Below, one piece after another: positions 58,651 through 64,000 of a DNA stretch of 64,000 nucleotides (its first letter is position 1; every line of letters starts with the position of its first letter). The position numbers were made by a program, and so were the translations under genes. This DNA comes from Roseiflexaceae bacterium (GTDB lineage: Bacteria; Chloroflexota; Chloroflexia; Chloroflexales; Roseiflexaceae): NCBI GenBank assembly GCA_040397035.1, contig JBBAWW010000001.1:16960-80959 (forward strand), in the 5' to 3' direction. The notes beneath the pieces were generated by a model. It saw nothing but the letters and a program-made list of their open reading frames with translations, was not told the DNA's origin and searched no databases.

Positions 58651-58679
58651 ATTATAGAATGAATCGCACAGAATGTCAA
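58651..58679 (-). promoter_or_regulatory. consensus sigma70-type promoter of the ilv-leu supraoperon
   Basis: Minus strand reads TTGACA (58679..58674), a 17-nt spacer, then TATAAT (58656..58651). Confidence 0.7.
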
Positions 58680-58703
58680 ATACCATCGTGGTATATCAGC
58701 GAA

Positions 58704-60596
58704 CTACGGAGCAATCGTCATTGTCGGGGCGATAGCAAATGTCATCAATGGTTCTCCCAAACTCGACTTTGCTTCGACAGTACGATACCCAACCGGGATT
58801 TGCACATCGGCAAGCCGGACCGTCGGAATAGCGATGACTTGGGCGTCACTCCGTGGTGCAACTCCTTCAGTAATCGCGAGATAATCGAGATGTTTGGTAA
58901 GAAATGGCATCACGCCACTAGCATTACGATTGAGAAAATCTGTTTCGTAGACATCGACTTTTGTCCCTGCCGGGAGTTTTAGCGCAAATTGACCAAGCAG
59001 CGCACAGCTCTGCATTGCAATATCCCCTGCGCCGTCTTCTTTAACCACAAAAGTATTGAAATAGTAATCTATACTTTGATACGCACCAATACACATTACC
59101 CCTGCTAATACCACATGACTGATGTATTGCGCTATTTTTTGCGTAAAAAAACGTTGCCGTACGCGATCAATCGATTGGGCGCCAAACCCAATCAACAACG
59201 CAACGCTCCCCATCATGCTTACCATGCGGTGACCAGCAGCGACTGGGTATGCTAACGATGCAATCAAACACACAAACAAAATATTGAAGACCACAATATA
59301 ACTGTTTGGTGAACGCCAACGCGTAATCATGACCACTAATCCAAGTAAAAACAAGTACGCATAAACTGATGGCAAAATAGCCCCATTCGACCGATACCAA
59401 CCATCAACTGGTCCTGTAATAATTGCATTAAACGATCCTTTGAAGTTATTGCTGATAATTTCAAAGGCAGTCTTGTTTTGCTCTGCCATTTGTCGTGTCA
59501 ACACCGACGACCCATCTGATGCATCAGGCAAAAACAACGACGCCCGTTGCAACGGGGCACGAAAGTTGTTTGGATATTGATAGTAGTGGAATAACAATGG
59601 ACCCGCCACCGCAGCGGTTACCACACCATATAGCACCATGTGTAAAATAGTTGATTTCCATTGTGCCGATAAACGAATCAACTGAATGCCCGTCCAAATT
59701 ATGAGCAATAACGAAAGGTTACGGGCGCTGGCATAACCAAACAACCCAATCCCACTCAACACGCTAATAATGACGATTGAACGATTGTTGAATCCCTTTT
59801 CGCTCCGCAAAATAAGCCCGATAATTCCCAATACACACATCAAGTCAAATATCATGATGTAGTACAACCGTGAGAAGTTAATCAATATCCCGAGAGTCGC
59901 TACTACAAAACCAGCCATTAGTGCATAAGGACGATCAAGGATGGGGCGGACAGTCCAAATCGTCAAAGGAATCGTTATCATTCCAAAAAAGAGTGCCGGG
60001 ATACGCATGGCCCAGATCGACTGCCCAAAAATCTGCACCATCAAACCAGGTAAATACGACATCAATGAGGGAAGCTCAAGCCACCCCGAGATAAACGGAT
60101 TCGAAAAAGTCCCATCAAAATAGGTCATCCCAAAGATCGTAATCGACGCTTCGTCTCCGTTGAGCACCGGGATCTCTGTGATTCGATATACCCGCAGCAC
60201 TAAACCAATCAACGTAATCGCTAGTACCGCACCATAGTAATACTGATTTTCACGCGTAGTGAAATCGAATTTACCCGATATGTCTTTCCGTGTCGTACAA
60301 CTCAAAATTAACATGACAATGGCCACTACCCAGCCAATAACCATTTCGCCGGCATACGGTGGAGTCCATGATTGTGCATTGGTGAAAATCACATAGTCAT
60401 AGCCAATCATGGCAATTGCACCAGCTAATGGAATCGGCCGATTGACAGTAAAATAATAAATCCCCACCGCACTTAGCACCCCGAGTAATGCCACCCATAT
60501 AGGCAATACATCATTTCCAAGTCTAAACAATTGCAAAGGGAAAATTAAGAGCAACAGAAGAAGTATTATCTTTTTAGGAATCATGGCAAACCTCAT
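58704..60596 (-). CDS. GT39/ArnT-PMT-like membrane glycosyltransferase with C-terminal extracytoplasmic domain
   Basis: 630 aa and highly polytopic. An early loop VLRVYRITEIPVLNGDEAS resembles the DE-containing loop of GT-C enzymes. The DNA is visibly more AT-rich than its neighbours. Confidence 0.6.
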   Translation of the reverse strand: MRFAMIPKKIILLLLLLIFPLQLFRLGNDVLPIWVALLGVLSAVGIYYFTVNRPIPLAGAIAMIGYDYVIFTNAQSWTPPYAGEMVIGWVVAIVMLILSCTTRKDISGKFDFTTRENQYYYGAVLAITLIGLVLRVYRITEIPVLNGDEASITIFGMTYFDGTFSNPFISGWLELPSLMSYLPGLMVQIFGQSIWAMRIPALFFGMITIPLTIWTVRPILDRPYALMAGFVVATLGILINFSRLYYIMIFDLMCVLGIIGLILRSEKGFNNRSIVIISVLSGIGLFGYASARNLSLLLIIWTGIQLIRLSAQWKSTILHMVLYGVVTAAVAGPLLFHYYQYPNNFRAPLQRASLFLPDASDGSSVLTRQMAEQNKTAFEIISNNFKGSFNAIITGPVDGWYRSNGAILPSVYAYLFLLGLVVMITRWRSPNSYIVVFNILFVCLIASLAYPVAAGHRMVSMMGSVALLIGFGAQSIDRVRQRFFTQKIAQYISHVVLAGVMCIGAYQSIDYYFNTFVVKEDGAGDIAMQSCALLGQFALKLPAGTKVDVYETDFLNRNASGVMPFLTKHLDYLAITEGVAPRSDAQVIAIPTVRLADVQIPVGYRTVEAKSSLGEPLMTFAIAPTMTIAP

Positions 60597-60761
60597 ATTA
60601 TGACAAGCTTATATGTGCGAATAATTATAGCATATTTTTTGATTTATTAGCCTATTACTACGACATATACATCATTGTAATGCGATTAACTCCGTTGAAT
60701 CATCCCGTAATCCAAATAATCATCACCCTGAAATAGCCAAGACCAATCTCTACATTTATGT

Positions 60762-60811
60762 AGGTTGTGTATTTATTGGGGATGTTGCTATTGAGGTTGT
60801 GCGTTTATTTG
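60762..60811 (+). repeat. two 18-nt direct repeats upstream of the PhyH gene (candidate regulator sites)
   Basis: AGGTTGTGTATTTATTGG (60762..60779) and AGGTTGTGCGTTTATTTG (60794..60811), spaced 32 bp start to start. A CTACAT-TT-ATGTAG palindrome lies at 60750..60763. A TATGAT -10 candidate follows. Confidence 0.45.
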
Positions 60812-60854
60812 CTATGATAGACACACGATTCGTCACAATACATCGGGAGCAACA

Positions 60855-61775
60855 ATGACTACTACATTTCCACATCTCACCAGCATGCAGCACGAAATTT
60901 CCACCGACCCAGCAGCATTCGGCACCCTCCACGATTGCACCGCCCTATTGGGGAATCCCGCAGCGCTCCGTCAATTCATCGCTACCGAAGGCTACATCTA
61001 CCTCAAAGGGGTACTCGATACCACCAAAATCGCCGCTGCCCGCCATGTGATGGCCGAACGCTTGGCCGCCAAAGGGCATATCGACACGAATCACCCCATC
61101 GATGAATGTATCGCCGCTCCCGACACCAAAGTCGCCTTCATGCCTGACCTCGCTAAAGACAACACTCCGCTGATGGAAATCTTGTATGACGGCGCCATGA
61201 TTGATATTTTCGCCCTACTGCTCGAATCAACTGTCCGCCACTATGACTTCACCTGGGTACGAGCCGTTGCCCCCAAACGGGGCACGCCACCGCACATGGA
61301 TGTAGTCTACATGGGGCGTGGCACCAAAAAACTCTATACCGCCTGGACCCCACTCAGCGATATTCCCATCAGCATGGGTGGTTTACTCGTCCTCGAACGC
61401 TCACACCAGCACGACAAACTCAACAACGGCTACGCCAGCAAAGACGTCGACGAATTTTGTGAAAACAAAGTAGGCGAAGGCTATACCAAAATGGGCGGTG
61501 GTGGCAATATTCGTGACGGCGGCTGGTTGTCCGACAACCCTGTCAAGCTCCGTAATGCCCTCGGTGGCCGCTGGCTGACTGCGAATTACGAAGCAGGCGA
61601 CGTGCTCATTTTCAGTGTGTTTACCATCCACACCAGCCTCGACAATGCCTCCAACCGGGTCCGGTTGTCCACCGACACGCGCTACCAACGCGCCGATGAA
61701 CCAATCGACGAGCGTTGGATCGGTGACGAACCTATCGGCCACGGTGCTGCCGGCAAACGGGGCAAAATTTGTTAA
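60855..61775 (+). CDS. phytanoyl-CoA dioxygenase (PhyH) family Fe(II)/2-oxoglutarate oxygenase
   Basis: 306 aa. The facial-triad region PPHMDVVY...(H.D) and a distal IHTSLDN. Family-like overall. Confidence 0.75.
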   Translation: MTTTFPHLTSMQHEISTDPAAFGTLHDCTALLGNPAALRQFIATEGYIYLKGVLDTTKIAAARHVMAERLAAKGHIDTNHPIDECIAAPDTKVAFMPDLAKDNTPLMEILYDGAMIDIFALLLESTVRHYDFTWVRAVAPKRGTPPHMDVVYMGRGTKKLYTAWTPLSDIPISMGGLLVLERSHQHDKLNNGYASKDVDEFCENKVGEGYTKMGGGGNIRDGGWLSDNPVKLRNALGGRWLTANYEAGDVLIFSVFTIHTSLDNASNRVRLSTDTRYQRADEPIDERWIGDEPIGHGAAGKRGKIC

Positions 61776-61853
61776 GCCAGCGATTCTGCTAAGTGCAAAA
61801 GAATCGGGTATGATACAAGTGTTTCTGTTTTTGTAGTGAAGGAACCTCCTACC

Positions 61854-62198
61854 ATGTCTGACATCATTACCACTGCCTCAGGTCTGCAATACCAAGAAAT
61901 CACCGTCGGCACCGGTGCCAGCCCCGTGCGTGGCAAACAAGTCACCGTGCACTACACCGGCACCCTCGTTGACGGCAAGAAATTCGATAGCTCACGCGAC
62001 CGCAACGACCCCTTCACGTTCATCATTGGGGTTGGCCAAGTTATCAAAGGCTGGGACGAAGGCGTTGCCAGCATGAAGGTAGGCGGCCGCCGCACGCTGA
62101 CCATCCCAGCCGAGCTCGGCTACGGCGCACGTGGTGCCGGTGGCGTCATCCCTCCCAACGCCACACTCGTGTTCGATGTCGAATTATTGAGTGTTTAA
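61854..62198 (+). CDS. FKBP-type peptidyl-prolyl cis-trans isomerase
   Basis: [12 protein letters not shown]...[18 protein letters not shown]...[12 protein letters not shown]...[14 protein letters not shown]. Confidence 0.9.
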   Translation: MSDIITTASGLQYQEITVGTGASPVRGKQVTVHYTGTLVDGKKFDSSRDRNDPFTFIIGVGQVIKGWDEGVASMKVGGRRTLTIPAELGYGARGAGGVIPPNATLVFDVELLSV

Positions 62199-62215
62199 AT
62201 GACTGAGAGTATCCT

Positions 62216-63301
62216 ATGGCCACGCCATTTATATTTGAACCCGATTTAGCCAAAGCCACTACCATCCCCTCCGATTGGTACCGTGATTCGGCGCTGCTTG
62301 CGCAAGAAAAAGAGCTGATTTTTGCCAAAACATGGCAATTGGTTGGCCGGCTTGAACAGCTCAAATTGCCCGGTGATCACTTCACCTGTAGTGTGGTGGA
62401 TGAACCACTCGTCATCACTCGCGATAGCTACGGCAAAATCCATGCCTTCTACAACGTCTGTCGTCACCGCGCCGGTGCCGTCGCCAATGGCGCTGGCCAC
62501 CGCAAGACGTTGCAGTGCATGTACCACGGCTGGACCTACAGCCTCGACGGTAAATTGCTCAATACTCCCGAATTTGAGGGCGTCGAATGTTTCGACCGCA
62601 ATGAATTCGGCCTCAAGCCGGTGCGCGTCGATACCTGGGGACCGTTCATCTTTGTCTGTCTCGATGACCAGACCCCCGATTTACACGCGGTGTTGGCCAA
62701 AATCATCCCCGAAACCGTCCACATGCAAATCGAAAAGATGGGCTTTTACAAGCGCGTCGATTACGAAATCAACTGCAATTGGAAGGTCTACGTCGACAAT
62801 TACCTCGAGGGCTACCACATCCCCATCGCCCATCCCGGTTTGTTCAAAGAAATCGACTACAACCAATACTTGGTCGAACCCGAGCGCTATTATTCCAAAC
62901 AATACGCCCCGATTCGCGCCAAAGACGATTCGTTGTATCGTCGCAATCTCGACGACGGCGCCCCTGCCCAAGCACTCTATTACTGGCTCTTCCCCAATCT
63001 GATGCTCAATATCTACCCCGACAACGTGCAAATCAACATCGTACTCCCGTTAGGGTCCGAGCGCACCGTCACTATCTTTGAATGGTATTTGCGCGATGTC
63101 AATCGTCCCGGTGTGGCCGAAGATTTCGCCAAATCGTTTGCTTTTAGTGACTCGGTGCAACAAGAAGATATCGAACTTTGCGAAACCGTGCAACGCCGCT
63201 TACGCTCACGCTCATACCATACGGGGCGATTTTCGGTGGCCCGCGAAAACGGCGTTCATCACTTTCACGGCCTGATTTGCGAACACCTCAACGCCAAATA
63301 G
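62216..63301 (+). CDS. Rieske [2Fe-2S] non-heme-iron oxygenase alpha subunit (choline/carnitine monooxygenase-like)
   Basis: Rieske motif CRHRAG...CMYHGWTY. Mononuclear iron region NYLEGYHIPIAHP. Confidence 0.82.
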   Translation: MATPFIFEPDLAKATTIPSDWYRDSALLAQEKELIFAKTWQLVGRLEQLKLPGDHFTCSVVDEPLVITRDSYGKIHAFYNVCRHRAGAVANGAGHRKTLQCMYHGWTYSLDGKLLNTPEFEGVECFDRNEFGLKPVRVDTWGPFIFVCLDDQTPDLHAVLAKIIPETVHMQIEKMGFYKRVDYEINCNWKVYVDNYLEGYHIPIAHPGLFKEIDYNQYLVEPERYYSKQYAPIRAKDDSLYRRNLDDGAPAQALYYWLFPNLMLNIYPDNVQINIVLPLGSERTVTIFEWYLRDVNRPGVAEDFAKSFAFSDSVQQEDIELCETVQRRLRSRSYHTGRFSVARENGVHHFHGLICEHLNAK

Positions 63302-63309
63302 TCCCATTA

Positions 63310-63347
63310 GACACGTCCAGCTGACGATGGGGTCAGTTGGACGTGTC
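63310..63347. other. 15-bp hairpin between the Rieske oxygenase and P450 genes
   Basis: GACACGTCCAGCTGA-CGATGGGG-TCAGTTGGACGTGTC (one G:U). No U tract follows. Confidence 0.4.
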
Positions 63348-63365
63348 GCAAAGAAATGTAAAATT

Positions 63366-64000
63366 ATGCCAACCACCCCCATCCCGCAATCCCTTGGTCT
63401 CCCCAAAATCGGCCATATGCTCGGACTCACCATCGACCCCATGGCAGTCATGCAACGCCTGCACCGTCAATTTCCCCAGCTTGTCGAAGTCGCCGTGCCC
63501 CCCCACACCTTTTTTGTGGTGACGAACCCCACGTTGATCGAAGAAGTCCTTGTTACCAAACAAAAACACTTTCACAAAGATGGTTTTTTGAAACACCACG
63601 CCAGCGCCTTGTTTGGCAACGGATTACTCAGTAGCGATGGTGATTTTTGGTTGCGCCAACGCCGGATGGCCCAACCAGCCTTCCATCGCCAACGCATTAC
63701 TGAATATACCGAAATCATCAGCGCCAAAACCGCCGTAGCACTCGCCGCTCTGCCCCACAATCAACCCATCGACATCCTTGCGACGATGATGGAATTGACC
63801 TTGACCATTGTGGCTGAAACGTTGTTTGGGGTAATTACCCCGCGCCAACTTATCACCATCGGGCAAGCGCTCCAGCAATCGATGGATTATTTTGTCAATG
63901 ACCCGCTCCGTGATATTGCCGCCACAATCACCAGATTACCGCTGCATACCGCCAAAAACGCCGCGTATGCAACGGCAATTCAGGCGTTAGACACGGTGAT
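63366..64000 (+). CDS. cytochrome P450 (N-terminal ~211 aa; continues beyond the window)
   Basis: Hand translation from ATG 63366 reads MPTTPIPQSLGLPKIGHML...FGNGLLSSDGDFWLRQRRMAQPAFH, a typical P450 N-terminal region. The frame is open to the window edge, so it is not in the ORF track. Confidence 0.75.
   Translation, partial: MPTTPIPQSLGLPKIGHMLGLTIDPMAVMQRLHRQFPQLVEVAVPPHTFFVVTNPTLIEEVLVTKQKHFHKDGFLKHHASALFGNGLLSSDGDFWLRQRRMAQPAFHRQRITEYTEIISAKTAVALAALPHNQPIDILATMMELTLTIVAETLFGVITPRQLITIGQALQQSMDYFVNDPLRDIAATITRLPLHTAKNAAYATAIQALDTV

Noticed and set aside
58469-58660. A T-box or other riboswitch as the regulator upstream of ilvB.
   Set aside because: I saw no T-box consensus (AGGGUGGNACCGCG-like) or specifier-loop architecture. 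The region is only ~170 nt and contains a translatable BCAA-rich mini-ORF with an SD, which fits leader-peptide attenuation better.
62322-63002. A 226-aa plus-strand ORF in an alternative frame of the Rieske oxygenase gene.
   Set aside because: It lies on the same strand, out of frame with a gene carrying clear Rieske and iron motifs. It is Ser/Thr/Pro/Ala-rich and low-complexity.
1-64000. CRISPR arrays, IS elements or transposases, integrases, prophage genes, tRNA or rRNA genes.
   Set aside because: I looked for regularly spaced repeats, terminal inverted repeats with transposase-like ORFs, and tRNA-like cloverleaf sequences, and found none. The only repeats are the tandem paralog pairs, short operator-like repeats and terminator hairpins.

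Overview
This 64-kb window is a chromosomal stretch from a moderately GC-rich bacterium. I found no rRNA, tRNA, CRISPR array, transposase or integrase. Gene content (DinG fused to an exonuclease, an MmpS-like protein, DUF422/CruF, probable leaderless starts) hints at a Terrabacteria or Chloroflexota-like organism, but the sequence alone cannot prove this.

Core metabolism dominates:
- A thrC-lysC operon sits at the left edge.
- A 13-kb minus-strand branched-chain amino acid supraoperon spans 45.4-58.7 kb: ilvB-ilvN-ilvC-leuA-pheA-cimA-ilvE-ilvE-leuC-(small membrane ORF)-leuD-leuB.
- A btuFCD-like importer is controlled by a cobalamin riboswitch.

Accessory content:
- Several MFS and ABC transporters.
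- A PadR-flanked operon of two aminotransferases, an MFS transporter, a DAHP synthase and a kynureninase.
- A pair made of a soluble MgtE-sensor-domain protein and an Nramp transporter.
- A right-edge oxygenase cluster (PhyH, Rieske, P450).

Most notable signals:
- Two textbook leader-peptide transcription attenuators that the ORF track does not show. One has Thr codons upstream of thrC; the other has Leu/Val/Ile codons upstream of ilvB. Each has a consensus TTGACA-17-TATNAT promoter and a strong intrinsic terminator.
- A third promoter, mini-ORF and terminator leader in front of the MgtE_N/CBS-Nramp pair.
- Three decayed genes carrying in-frame stops and homopolymer frameshifts.
- Two tandem paralog pairs with gene-conversion-like identity tracts.
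- A stand-alone papain-fold peptidase encoded with a heterodimeric ABC exporter.
- A visibly AT-rich island carrying a GT39-like membrane glycosyltransferase.

All functional calls come from reading motifs in the translations. No database search was run.
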